In this document: piece by piece, positions 47,350 through 57,471 of the stretch
Layout: the number at the start of each line of letters is the position of its first letter
How positions within the stretch are numbered: position 1 is the first letter of the stretch
Source: Candidatus Hermodarchaeota archaeon
GTDB lineage: Archaea > Asgardarchaeota > Lokiarchaeia > Sigyniarchaeales > SOKP01
Direction: 5' to 3'
NCBI GenBank assembly: GCA_048885705.1
Contig: JBHLLJ010000004.1
Location: 1 to 60,626 of the forward strand
Length of the DNA: 60,626 nt
Made by a program: the position numbers and the translations under genes
The notes under the pieces: model-generated
The model's input: only the letters and a program-made list of their open reading frames with translations
Told to the model about the DNA's origin: nothing
Databases searched by the model: none

Positions 47350-47990
47350 TCATACTTTTGAGTCTTACTGAAAATGTAGTATTTCTCTTCTCTTTGAAGT
47401 TCTTTTATAATTCTCTGTGCAATCAATTTAGCTGGGTTAGAAATACTGGTTCTATCAGCAATATCTTGAAATGTTCCGAATTTTTGCCTCTCTCTTGCTT
47501 CAAGAATTTCCCACATATGCTTTTGCCCTACACCAGGTAATAATTTTAAAGCATGCATCCTGGGAGTAATTGAAGTAGAGTTATTAAAAAAGTTGATAAA
47601 TTCTTCTTCATATTTTAAAACTTCTTTCTCGAGAATTGGCAGGATTAGAGCTTTTGAAGTGCTAGTTAAATCATCATAATCGATTTTCTTTAGAACTTCT
47701 TTTAATTTGTCTTCGTTTAAAAACTCTTCATAGGTTTTTTGTTCTTGAACTTCAATTCTAGAATTTTTATTAACTTTAACCTCATAAAGAACGAAATCCG
47801 GAAAAGTAAGAACTTGAGCTATAGGGGTTTTTGCCCAACTAGGTTTATCTTCTTCGGGATGTCCATGCATTAATAGATCTAAGATAATAACTTCCCGAAA
47901 TTTTTTTATAAATTGCTTTTTCTTCTTCGGACCACCACGATAATCTCTTCTGCGTGGAGGACCTCTGTATCGCTCTCTTCTTTCCATCAT
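47346..47990 (-). CDS. DUF655 family predicted nucleic-acid-binding (HhH) protein
   Basis: I.YDDLT, FINFFN...IT.RMH.L.LLPGVG.K, R...F..F.DI..R; conserved rpoF-DUF655-ksgA synteny. Confidence 0.9.
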   Translation of the reverse strand: MMERRERYRGPPRRRDYRGGPKKKKQFIKKFREVIILDLLMHGHPEEDKPSWAKTPIAQVLTFPDFVLYEVKVNKNSRIEVQEQKTYEEFLNEDKLKEVLKKIDYDDLTSTSKALILPILEKEVLKYEEEFINFFNNSTSITPRMHALKLLPGVGQKHMWEILEARERQKFGTFQDIADRTSISNPAKLIAQRIIKELQREEKYYIFSKTQKYE

Positions 47991-48157
47991 TACTGAATAT
48001 TTTATTTTTAACTTTTCCGATTACCATTTCAAAATTTTTATAATAATAAACTACATAATTAGATGGGATTGCTCATTGAATTTAAAATAATTTAAATTTA
48101 TAAGTTTAACGGTTCTTAGAACCAACAATTAAAACTTCATGTTTATATTACTAAAAA

Positions 48158-48523
48158 TCAAGATGATTTTAGTTCTTCAATTTGAGAAAGAATTTGTAAT
48201 AATTGTTCATCTGTTAAAGTTTTGCCTGTAAAACTTTTCTCTAATATGATCCGTAACTCAGGAATAGTTTGAGGAAAAATATTAATAATATTAATAGCAT
48301 ATAATTCTTCAATCTCATACTTATCTGTTAACAATTTCATAATTTTTTTAGCAGTTTTCGCATCACATTTCGCAAATTTATTCACATAGTTATACGTGAT
48401 TTCTTGAAAGTGAGACATTCCTTCATCAGCATCAATTTCCATCAATTGATCTTTTAGGTTTTCCATTATTTTTTTTACTTCAGGAATAGAAACGCTTCTC
48501 TCTTCTATTTTTCGGCCCGACAT
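48158..48523 (-). CDS. rpoF: DNA-directed RNA polymerase subunit F (Rpo4)
   Basis: VSIPEVK.I, Q..T..Y..KF.K, A..I.NI.P....ELR.I; downstream of rpl21e. Confidence 0.92.
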   Translation of the reverse strand: MSGRKIEERSVSIPEVKKIMENLKDQLMEIDADEGMSHFQEITYNYVNKFAKCDAKTAKKIMKLLTDKYEIEELYAINIINIFPQTIPELRIILEKSFTGKTLTDEQLLQILSQIEELKSS

Positions 48524-48550
48524 ATTAAATCATAATTGATTAAAACATTT

Positions 48551-48856
48551 TTATTTTATAGAAACAGAATTTAATCTAAGATGTTCTTTACCTATTATTA
48601 GAGTTTTTTTAGAGTTTCCCAGTTTTACTTCTACCAAATAACAACGACCTCTTTGGCCAATAACTGTGCCTGTACGACCATGAAATCTTCTACTCGGCAT
48701 TCCTCGTTTATGCTGAGAGGGATCCGTGATAACATCTACTTTATCTCCTCGATTATAGTCAATTAAATATTTTTCAATGGAACCAATTCCTCTATCTCGT
48801 ACATTCTTCCTATGCTTTTTGCGCGTCTTATTTCGATATCCCTTGTGTATTGTCAT
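48551..48856 (-). CDS. rpl21e: 50S ribosomal protein L21e
   Basis: KGYR.KTR, GDKV....DPS...GMP..RFHG.TG, EHL. ATG at 48856. Confidence 0.96.
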   Translation of the reverse strand: MTIHKGYRNKTRKKHRKNVRDRGIGSIEKYLIDYNRGDKVDVITDPSQHKRGMPSRRFHGRTGTVIGQRGRCYLVEVKLGNSKKTLIIGKEHLRLNSVSIK

Positions 48857-48981
48857 AGCAATCAAGATTTTGAATATTGAATAATCAAGAAAATTAATCA
48901 TTCTTTTTTTAGTTTTCTTTTTTTCATTCTATAGAAAGATAACCTAATTACATCAAAAAAGAATTATAAAAGCTATAGATT

Positions 48982-50340
48982 CTAAAGCAAGATTTCAATA
49001 ACATCTAATTCTATACAATCAAGTGGGGTTTTAAAAACTTCAGAGAAAGATGGACTAGTGCGTCCGTCATCACTGTTAATAAGTTCTTTTATGTATGTGC
49101 CCCCTTGTGTTTTTATTTTAAATTCAAATAAATTTGATTTTATATATTTTCCCTCAATATGATAAATTTTTTTCTCCCTTACTTTATCAGTTCGACGGTG
49201 AGACACTCTATAGGGTGTCCTTTGATATATTTGCTTATTTTCAAAAACTTCTTTCAAAAGGTTTACTTTCTTGTGAAATTCTTCTTCATTTAACCTCTGT
49301 TCAGATTTTACAATGGCCTTATATGTTTTTTCTGTATTTTTAGCTTCTTTTTTCAATTTTATTACTTCCTTTTTATTACTATATTTTAGGTTATAAATTC
49401 CTATTTTCTTTTTATTCTGTTTATTGACTTTTTTTTGTATTTTGTTCAAGTTTAAAGATCTAATTTTAGGATTTCTCAATTCGATAATAAACGGTCTTCC
49501 AGAACCTAACATTCTTACATCAATATCTTCTCTTCCAGCACCATGGAACTTCAAATCAGTCGCTTTTGATGCATCAATAAACTCTGGACTTATTAGTTCT
49601 TCAACACTAATCAAATACTGTTTTCCGGTATAATTACAGGATTCACAACCAATTCCCATGCACTTTTTACAAAACCAATGGGTTTGGGGAATTCCTCTTA
49701 TTAATTTTTTATATTTTCCGTAAATAAAGATGGACCTTAATACTAATTCAATGGAAAATTCTTCATAATCTAATGAATATATTATTAATAGATCAGGTTT
49801 GGAAAATTCAGGAGTTTTATTTAAAATTGATAATAGTTGTTTTCCTAAAACACGATTAAAATGACTTTTAAAAGATTCTGCTTCTAAAAGATTAAATTCT
49901 GATTTGAATTTATCCTCTCGGTTAACTATTTGAGAACTAGGTTTTGAACCAATTAAAAAATTCTCAAATTCTATGCTTTCAAGCAATCTAATTGCTTCAT
50001 GGGTGTAATTTCCAATATTAGAAAAAATATTATTACAAAGATAGCATATTTGATTTGAGTTAGCTTTCACATATTCTATTCCCTCATTTTCTAAGACTTT
50101 TTGAGCAGGTTTGTAATATGCATTGATAGCTAGTACTTTTAAATTAGTAATAGCTTCTTTCTGCTTAAGTTGATTCCCCGATATATAATTCCTATGATTT
50201 TCCATTGTTAACGAGAGTAATAAAGAATTACCTCTTTCTTGGTTTGTTGTATTAGAAGCTAAAAGGGAAAACATTCTACCAAGACAATGTATACAAATAT
50301 AGTACTTCTGATAAATTTCTAAAACTTTGTCGAAAATCAT
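48982..50340 (-). CDS. pus10: tRNA pseudouridine(54/55) synthase Pus10
   Basis: C..CLGR, R.IPQT.W, FHGAGREDIDVRMLG.GRPF, QRTP.RV.HRR, GGTYIKE. Confidence 0.96.
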   Translation of the reverse strand: MIFDKVLEIYQKYYICIHCLGRMFSLLASNTTNQERGNSLLLSLTMENHRNYISGNQLKQKEAITNLKVLAINAYYKPAQKVLENEGIEYVKANSNQICYLCNNIFSNIGNYTHEAIRLLESIEFENFLIGSKPSSQIVNREDKFKSEFNLLEAESFKSHFNRVLGKQLLSILNKTPEFSKPDLLIIYSLDYEEFSIELVLRSIFIYGKYKKLIRGIPQTHWFCKKCMGIGCESCNYTGKQYLISVEELISPEFIDASKATDLKFHGAGREDIDVRMLGSGRPFIIELRNPKIRSLNLNKIQKKVNKQNKKKIGIYNLKYSNKKEVIKLKKEAKNTEKTYKAIVKSEQRLNEEEFHKKVNLLKEVFENKQIYQRTPYRVSHRRTDKVREKKIYHIEGKYIKSNLFEFKIKTQGGTYIKELINSDDGRTSPSFSEVFKTPLDCIELDVIEILL

Positions 50341-50510
50341 ACCTATTTAAATTAAGTAAACTATTATTTATTGATTTTATCTAAGAAGAAAGTGAGTTTA
50401 AAAAAATTTTAAAATAACAATTTATTTTTCTATATAATTTTAATAAATACTACTGATGCTAAAACAAAAATATTTTAGTTTTATTTTAATTATAAACAAG
50501 AGAGTTATCT

Positions 50511-50747
50511 ATGGCTAAGAAGAAGAATCAAGGGATCGTTAAATGGTTTGATGCGAAAAAAGGTTATGGTTTCATCAGCGTTGCAAATCAAGAAGATGTT
50601 TTCGTTCATTTTTCAAATATTGATATGAGTGGATTTAAAAAGCTGGATATGGGCGACGAAGTAGAGTTTGAAATTAAGGATTCTAATGATGGAAAAGGTC
50701 CCGAAGCATTAAAAGTAAAGGTAATCTCAAAGGATAGAAGATATTAA
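50511..50747 (+). CDS. Cold-shock domain protein
   Basis: G.VKWFD..KGYGFI, DVFVHFS, GKGP.A..V. Confidence 0.95.
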   Translation: MAKKKNQGIVKWFDAKKGYGFISVANQEDVFVHFSNIDMSGFKKLDMGDEVEFEIKDSNDGKGPEALKVKVISKDRRY

Positions 50748-50897
50748 AATCTGAAATATTTTTATCGTTTATCTTTTTTATCTCATTTTATTTTACGCTT
50801 AATTAAATTCTCGTTTCTTTATCATTTATTGATAATTAATTTGCCATGTGATAAGTTAAAAAAAAAATTATATTGAATGTTTTGAATTATTCTTTTC

Positions 50898-52226
50898 TTA
50901 TGTCTTCTCCCAATCAAAATCAATGTTAACAAATTTTCTCGAGTAGAAGTAAGCTCCTATTAGAATTACAGAACAAATTGGTCCCCACCAAACATAAAAC
51001 AAAGCATCTCCCATTAGGAAAGCCATTAAAGAGGAAAATGCCAATCCTATTGCTTGAAAAATATTAAGAAGAATACTAGAAAACCCTTGATATATACCTG
51101 CTTTCAACTCCCCAGTTTTTTTTTCACTATCTTCAGCAAGATCAGCGTAGAAGATATATGGAAACAAATTCCATCCACCAAGTGCTGCAACCACACCAAT
51201 TAGAAAAATTATGCCAAAAATTAGATATGAACTCATTGGAATAAATCCTAATAATGAAAACGGTAATACTAAAATTGCTATAAGAAAAAGATATAAAAGA
51301 CTTTTCTTTTTTCCAATTTTTTCGATAATCAATCTCCAAAGATAAAGAAAAATCAAAATGCCAAAAATAACTATTGCACCTCCAATGATATATTCCATAG
51401 TCCCAAAATTTAATACTTCTTCTATATAAACCAACATCATAGGAGAAATAATTGCCCAAGCTATACTTGCAAATCCTTGTAAAAGATTAATTAACAAATA
51501 GTTCCGATTATGAAGAATTTCAATTAGATTACTCTTTAAACTAGATTTTATTTTAAAATGTGGTTCAGTTGGCATTAAGAAAACTACAATATAAAATAAT
51601 GCTACAGTTAATACTGCAAATAATAGAACACTAAATAGATAATCAATTGAGATGATAGCTGGATCTATTAAAACCTGATCTTTATATGAAGTTAAGACAA
51701 ATAAAGAAAAAATCTGAGCAAATCCAGCTCCTATATATATAAATAAGTTTAAAAATTGTGATGCTTTTGGTCTTTCATTAACGTCAAACTGTTCTGCCAT
51801 CCATGAATTATATGGTGTAGTTAATCCATAGCTCGCTTGAAATATTATATTCCATATTAATAACCAGTTAAAGAGTGTTAATTTATCAGATATTGAAATA
51901 AATAAATTTGGGAGAGTTAAGAAAATAAATGAAATGGCCAAAAGTGGACTCAAAATTATGATATAAGGTTTTCTCCTTCCCCAACGCGTGTATTTTGCAT
52001 CACTTAACCATCCTAGCAAAAATTGAGATGCTGCAATGCTAAGTTTTCCGAAACTGAAAGCTAAGAGGGTTTGCCATGCATCAAGTTGAAACCCTAATGA
52101 GTATAAAGTTAATAAAGCAAAATCTACGATAGTTAAGACAAAATTTGTTCCTAATCTTGGTAACCCAAATAGAATATATTTTTTCAAGCTACTTTTTTGT
52201 CTTTGAAATGAATTATTTTCTATCAT
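50898..52226 (-). CDS. MFS transporter, glycoside-pentoside-hexuronide (MelB-like) type
   Basis: G.LSD...TRWGRRKPY, PY.S..., ER, AD..E, G.Y.G; about 12 TM. Confidence 0.88.
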   Translation of the reverse strand: MIENNSFQRQKSSLKKYILFGLPRLGTNFVLTIVDFALLTLYSLGFQLDAWQTLLAFSFGKLSIAASQFLLGWLSDAKYTRWGRRKPYIIILSPLLAISFIFLTLPNLFISISDKLTLFNWLLIWNIIFQASYGLTTPYNSWMAEQFDVNERPKASQFLNLFIYIGAGFAQIFSLFVLTSYKDQVLIDPAIISIDYLFSVLLFAVLTVALFYIVVFLMPTEPHFKIKSSLKSNLIEILHNRNYLLINLLQGFASIAWAIISPMMLVYIEEVLNFGTMEYIIGGAIVIFGILIFLYLWRLIIEKIGKKKSLLYLFLIAILVLPFSLLGFIPMSSYLIFGIIFLIGVVAALGGWNLFPYIFYADLAEDSEKKTGELKAGIYQGFSSILLNIFQAIGLAFSSLMAFLMGDALFYVWWGPICSVILIGAYFYSRKFVNIDFDWEKT

Positions 52227-52372
52227 ATTACTTTTCTATAGAGATATTTTTAGTTTTTATCAAAAATATTTTTATTATAGATTAGAGAATAGATTATTTA
52301 AAATTTATTAACTTTAAAAAAATAGTATAGTTTCTGATCAAAATAATTATCTAAGGGTCTAGGAAAAAAATG

Positions 52373-53356
52373 TTAATCTTCTTCTTCCCACCCTAAGTCT
52401 CGTAAAACTGAACCTAATGCTTCTGATTCTTCTTCGAGTACAAATTCGGTATCATATTCAGAAGCAGACACTTCTGAGTCAAAATCTGGAGGTCCAAGTT
52501 CTTCAAATGAGGGTAATTCATCAAGTGATGGTAATGGTTCAATAACCTCTGGTTCTTTTAAAACAGGTGGTTTTTCTTCAATGATGGGTTCATCCTCAAT
52601 TTCCATGGGAGTATAATCATCAAGAGGGATAGGGGGGACTTCATCTTCATACACTTTAAATTCAGATTCCATTGTTAAACTTTCTTTAGCTTGAGTGGCT
52701 GATATTGCAGTTGCAGCTTTTATTTCTTTCTCAAGCCCCAAACCTACTGATTTAGGAATTGATACAATACCACTTTCAGTTGTAGGTTCAAGTTCTTCGA
52801 ATTCTTCATCGCCTTTTTCCCATTCATCTAGAAATCCTAATAAGTCATCTAAAGCAGCTTTATCTTGTTTTAAAGAAGGCTTTATTATAGTTTTGGCTTT
52901 TTCTACCAATTTTTGTTCTTCAATCTTTTCTATTTCAGACTCTTCAAGAGAGAGCATCATTTCAGTCATTTGATCGCCTGAAATGAGTCTATTTAATTTT
53001 CGTGCTAAAGTTCTTAAATATCCTAAATAATATCCAATGCTATAAATTCGAGACAGTCCTCCAAATACAATATATTCATCGTTTATAGCCATTAAAATAC
53101 TATATCCCGAAGTGTTGTGGAGTATAATCTCAGTTAAAGCCCCGTGAGCAGTAGCTTGATTTAATCTTAATCCTAAGTCTATCAAGGCAGTACTTGATGC
53201 AGAAGTAGCATCAGCATCTAATTCTGAAGAACTAGAGCTAGCTATTTTCATTCCTACTCGAGATAAAACCGCAAGATTTTCTAAATCAGTTTTTTGTTCT
53301 TCTTCTTTTAAAACAAGCATCATACTTTTGCGAATATCTTCAGCGATTGTAGACAA
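52373..53356 (-). CDS. Roadblock/LC7 domain protein with long acidic, proline-rich C-terminal tail
   Basis: N-terminal ~125 aa: AVLSR.G..IAS, A..AL..LG.R, G.L.EI......GY......; then about 200 aa rich in E/D/P. Confidence 0.82.
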   Translation of the reverse strand: MSTIAEDIRKSMMLVLKEEEQKTDLENLAVLSRVGMKIASSSSSELDADATSASSTALIDLGLRLNQATAHGALTEIILHNTSGYSILMAINDEYIVFGGLSRIYSIGYYLGYLRTLARKLNRLISGDQMTEMMLSLEESEIEKIEEQKLVEKAKTIIKPSLKQDKAALDDLLGFLDEWEKGDEEFEELEPTTESGIVSIPKSVGLGLEKEIKAATAISATQAKESLTMESEFKVYEDEVPPIPLDDYTPMEIEDEPIIEEKPPVLKEPEVIEPLPSLDELPSFEELGPPDFDSEVSASEYDTEFVLEEESEALGSVLRDLGWEEED

Positions 53357-53455
53357 TTATTTTCTCACCTTATTACAATGTAGACAAATGAGATTATTTT
53401 TAGGATAAATTTAAGTATAAATAGAAAGCCTATTTTAATATATTTTTTCATTCTC

Positions 53456-54187
53456 TTATTTTAAAAATTTCATTAAATTCATCTGAGTTGATAAGGGTTT
53501 TTCAAATTTATCGAAAGAATATCCTGATAACTGTTTTATAAGTTTCTTCATCTCATCGATTATATCATCTGGAGTAAGATCTTCTGTATTGATTGTAAAG
53601 ACCCCCTCTTTATTTGAAAGAAATTGTTTATAATAAGAAAGGATTTTTAATAAATAGTCTTTATCTTCTTCATTCCATTCTTTTCTTATTTTTTCTAAAG
53701 AACCTCTTTGAATTATTCGTTTCACAATTGTATTCGGTTCAGCGGTTAGATAGAATATATAATTTTCTTTCCATTCAATAGATTTATATGTGTCTAAAAT
53801 AAGATTATAGTCTTTTTCTTTTAAGTTAAGACTCTTAGAATAAATTAAGACGCATAATGGAGTTCTATCTAAAATTATGATTCTACCATTATATTTATTA
53901 TCAAAATTTACGATATTCTGATTACGTCTAATGAGTTGTTGAAGAAAATGGAGTTCACTTCTAAATCCAATTTGCTTATCCGTAGATCCGAAAGGAAAAG
54001 GGGGTTTTTTTACATATCTTTCAGGAAAGAACTTGAATTTTTTATTATTTTTAACTTTTTTATCTTTTTTAAACAGATTAAATATAGTTGTTTTTCCAAC
54101 ACCATGGACTCCCGCAATAGAGATAATAATGTTATCTTTACTTCCTTTATTTCTATATAGTTGTTTACCCAAATGTTTATACTCCAA
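53456..54187 (-). CDS. Deoxynucleoside kinase family protein with C-terminal PIP-box-like motif
   Basis: ISIAG..GVGKTT, F.PE, IILDRT, YL.A.P..I.KRI..RG; ends QMNLMKFLK. Confidence 0.82.
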   Translation of the reverse strand: MEYKHLGKQLYRNKGSKDNIIISIAGVHGVGKTTIFNLFKKDKKVKNNKKFKFFPERYVKKPPFPFGSTDKQIGFRSELHFLQQLIRRNQNIVNFDNKYNGRIIILDRTPLCVLIYSKSLNLKEKDYNLILDTYKSIEWKENYIFYLTAEPNTIVKRIIQRGSLEKIRKEWNEEDKDYLLKILSYYKQFLSNKEGVFTINTEDLTPDDIIDEMKKLIKQLSGYSFDKFEKPLSTQMNLMKFLK

Positions 54188-54281
54188 ATCTATTAGATTA
54201 AATCGTAATAATCATACTATAATTGAAATAAAAAATAAATCTAGAGTTTATTGATTTATTATATTTTATTAAATTTTATAT

Positions 54282-55343
54282 TTAGGGGGTAATGAATAGT
54301 ATTAGGATAATTAAAATCATATTATACAAAACATTAGCCACTATAGTATTATATATGTTTCGATTTATTTCATACAGAAATCCAAGCACAATATAGGCTA
54401 GAAAGTTGAATATAAAGAAGTATATTCCGTACGGAATAGTAAAAAATAGCAGTAGAAAGGAATAAACTGAAGCAACTATAAGTATCACAATGTAATTATT
54501 TTTAAATCGTTGTTTTAAAGTGTTATGCAAGACTCCCCGAAATACAATCTCTGATGAAATTGTTCTTACACATAAAGCTAATATAAGGATTATTACCCAC
54601 AGTATTTCGGAATTTCTAATGACTAGATTTTGCTCTTGGATAGCAGATGTTACATCAAAAATGTCTAAGTTTAAATCTGATAAAAAAGTAATTAAAAAAT
54701 CAGAAAAGAAATTAAGTAATAATAACATTATTGAACCCATAATACCAATTAAAAGTGCTATGGCAATCTTTTTAGATTCAGATTGAAATCCCAACTTGGT
54801 AAAGCTATGCTTTTTATTATAAATATACCATAGTGGATATATACCGAAAACTAATAAAGGAATTTGATTCAGTAGAATTTCTTCAATAGTTAAAGGAGCT
54901 GTTTCCAGTTGGAATGAAAAAGTCGCCAATAAAAAAAAGACAATTATTAATATGTAAAAACAAGTTCCAAAAACATTTAAACCTTCTTTTAGATTCCAGG
55001 TATCTTTCCTTAAAATAAACTTTTGTTCAGGTTCAAGTTTTTTTTCAGTAAAAATTAATCCAGGTTTTTTTTGAATTATAGTTTTTTTGAGTTCAGAAAT
55101 TTTCTCTAATTCTGTATTACAAATAGGACATTGGTCTAAAATTGTTGAATTAATTATAGAACCACATTCAGGACACTTTCTTGAAAAATCTACCTTAGTG
55201 GATGATTCTGGTTTTAAAATCTTTTTTTCTGATGAAATCTTAACAATTAGTTTACCACAATTAGGACAATAAGTCTTGCTTTGTGTTATATCAGCTCCAC
55301 AGAAGACGCAATACTTAATCTTTTTCTTGCTTTCTTTTGACAT
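54282..55343 (-). CDS. Zinc-ribbon + CPBP-like membrane protein with degenerate catalytic motifs
   Basis: Four CxxC motifs at the N-terminus; membrane domain has SEIVFRG, VYSFL and ANVLYN in place of EExxFRG, FxxxH and HxxxN. Confidence 0.75.
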   Translation of the reverse strand: MSKESKKKIKYCVFCGADITQSKTYCPNCGKLIVKISSEKKILKPESSTKVDFSRKCPECGSIINSTILDQCPICNTELEKISELKKTIIQKKPGLIFTEKKLEPEQKFILRKDTWNLKEGLNVFGTCFYILIIVFFLLATFSFQLETAPLTIEEILLNQIPLLVFGIYPLWYIYNKKHSFTKLGFQSESKKIAIALLIGIMGSIMLLLLNFFSDFLITFLSDLNLDIFDVTSAIQEQNLVIRNSEILWVIILILALCVRTISSEIVFRGVLHNTLKQRFKNNYIVILIVASVYSFLLLFFTIPYGIYFFIFNFLAYIVLGFLYEINRNIYNTIVANVLYNMILIILILFITP

Positions 55344-55467
55344 TGCTCTGTTTATAATAAAAATCTTTTTTATGATGTTATTTTGTAAAATATATAAACT
55401 AGAAATTATATAATTTTTGTTTACATTTTATTCAATTAACTCAATATCGCATTCAATTGAATATAGT

Positions 55468-55854
55468 ATGTTTAAAAAATTTTTTAGAAAAAGTATCAAT
55501 GAGATACATCAAAAATTTATTGATAAAAAAGTTTTGCTTGTAGACGATATTTCTAATTTCTTTGGATTAGAATCATCAGGAGTGTGGAAAATTCGTGGAA
55601 ATGGTGTTTTATTACTTACAGAAAATGAACTATTTTTTGGTATGTGGAAACCCAAACGAGAATTAGAAATACCAATTGAATCTATAATTGAGATCACAAA
55701 TCCAAAATCACACATGCATAGGTCAGTATTTAGACCCCTTTTAAAAGTAACATTTTCTAATAAAGATGGAAAAGTTGACTCCGCTGCTTGGTATGTACGA
55801 AATCTAGATAATTGGAATGAAGTTCTTAATAGATTAACTTCAAAAAAGAAATAA
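55468..55854 (+). CDS. PH/GRAM-like fold hypothetical protein
   Basis: RGNG.L.LT..EL.F, IP..SI..I, L.V.F, W.V.....W pattern. Start 55468 (ATG) or 55417 (TTG). Confidence 0.55.
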   Translation: MFKKFFRKSINEIHQKFIDKKVLLVDDISNFFGLESSGVWKIRGNGVLLLTENELFFGMWKPKRELEIPIESIIEITNPKSHMHRSVFRPLLKVTFSNKDGKVDSAAWYVRNLDNWNEVLNRLTSKKK

Positions 55855-55857
55855 TGT

Positions 55858-57123
55858 TCAAGTGTTTTTGTTATTGGTTGGCTTCTCTAAATTCTTATTT
55901 GTAATATTAATTAACTCCATTAATAAAAGTCCGTGATAATAAGATATTGAATCAAAAAATGCTTCTCCTAAATCTGATTTACCGTCATGAATCAATGCTA
56001 ATTGGGCATTTAATGCTGCTCTCATCAAAATTTCAATCCCCTTGTAAATTAAATTTGGAGACCAAGTCTTGTTAAGTGGATTAGCCCACCACATGGGACA
56101 GGAATAGACTCCTTTACTATAGAAGTGCCTAGCTGTATAATAATAATTATCTACTTCCCAATCCTTATTTAGACCAAGATTATCTAATAAGTTCATTAGA
56201 TTATTTAGACTTTTCATTATTTTCCAGTAATATTTATGAACATTATTATCCGGATGGTTCCAAAGAGGATATGGAACCTTAGCTTTAAGATCCTCATATG
56301 TTGTACTCCAACTTGATTCTAATGGAATAATTTTTTTCTTTGAAATTGGAAAATGTTTATCTAATTCTGATATGAAAATCGTTTTTAAATCTTCATCATT
56401 ATCTATTAAATCCAGACTTTTGCCTAAAAAGGTTTTTTCATAATCTTTAATATGATGTCCAAAAGTTTCCCCATCTAAAGCAGTTAAAATATACGTTGGA
56501 TTGTTTTTATCTTTGTTTTTATGCAAAATTTTAATTTCTTTAACAAAATTTTTTGCAGTAATATTATTAAAAGCAATTTTATTACTAAAAATGTCATCTC
56601 GAAAGAATAGTTGCAGTCCATTAGGGGATGTATAGATTTTATCATACGGCCAATCAACAGGACAGGCGATTCCGCTTATAATTACCCATTTATACCCTAA
56701 CTCACGAATAAATTTAGCAAGACCTCCTGAGATGGCTAATTCAGGTGGAAAGAAACCTTTTCTTTCCCATCCATTAAATTCTTTTCTATTTAAATCCTCA
56801 TTCATCTGAATTTGATTTTGAGCTTCTCTTTTTGGGATCAAAGGAAGAATTGGATGAAACTTTGCTGTTCCAACAATTTCAACTTTATTCTCAGAAACTA
56901 AATTCTTCAGTAAATCCATTGTATCAGACAAACCGAATTCATATAATAATTCAATAAGAACACCATTGATATTTAAAGAAAATTTTGCATTATCATAACC
57001 TCCAAGCAAAGAAAACAGCGGTTTATAACATTTTTTATCAATATTTTTTAAAACGTTAAAATCTTGGGTGGGGGGTTGATAAACGTGAAGCAAAGGCGCC
57101 CAATAAGTTGTCAAAACAATCAA
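55858..57123 (-). CDS. Glycoside hydrolase family 57 protein
   Basis: H.YQP, CY.P, E..G...FHP.LPL, FFPPELA (nucleophile), ALDGETFGHH (acid/base), SSW. Confidence 0.9.
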   Translation of the reverse strand: MIVLTTYWAPLLHVYQPPTQDFNVLKNIDKKCYKPLFSLLGGYDNAKFSLNINGVLIELLYEFGLSDTMDLLKNLVSENKVEIVGTAKFHPILPLIPKREAQNQIQMNEDLNRKEFNGWERKGFFPPELAISGGLAKFIRELGYKWVIISGIACPVDWPYDKIYTSPNGLQLFFRDDIFSNKIAFNNITAKNFVKEIKILHKNKDKNNPTYILTALDGETFGHHIKDYEKTFLGKSLDLIDNDEDLKTIFISELDKHFPISKKKIIPLESSWSTTYEDLKAKVPYPLWNHPDNNVHKYYWKIMKSLNNLMNLLDNLGLNKDWEVDNYYYTARHFYSKGVYSCPMWWANPLNKTWSPNLIYKGIEILMRAALNAQLALIHDGKSDLGEAFFDSISYYHGLLLMELINITNKNLEKPTNNKNT

Positions 57124-57215
57124 ACCATTTTACTAATAATTATTATCTAATTTTTATATAATATATAAAAAATACAATTATAAGATTTATAGTATTTCTA
57201 GGAGATCATGAAGAA

Positions 57216-57450
57216 TTGGTAATTACGAACAAACCAAAAGTTTATCTAAAATCCATTGAGAATGATATAGAAAATGAATTATTAAATGCAATAACTGATT
57301 ACTTTAATGAATTTGGTGGAGTTAAGAACATTGTTAAAGGATATGTGTTTTTAAAAGAAAATGCTACAGCTTTTAATCTTGATGCTATTAGAACTCCATA
57401 ACTAGTATTAGGAATCATCAAACTGATCAAGTATGTCATAGAAATCTCAA
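57216..57450 (+). pseudogene. Truncated DUF362-like gene remnant
   Basis: GG...IV...VFLKEN....RTP*LVLGIIKLIK resembles the DUF362 N-terminus (V.LKPN...T.PE.V.A.I..+K), with an in-frame TAA at 57399-57401 and no C-terminal part. Confidence 0.5.
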
Positions 57451-57471
57451 CTTCAGAAATAAAAAGAGGAT

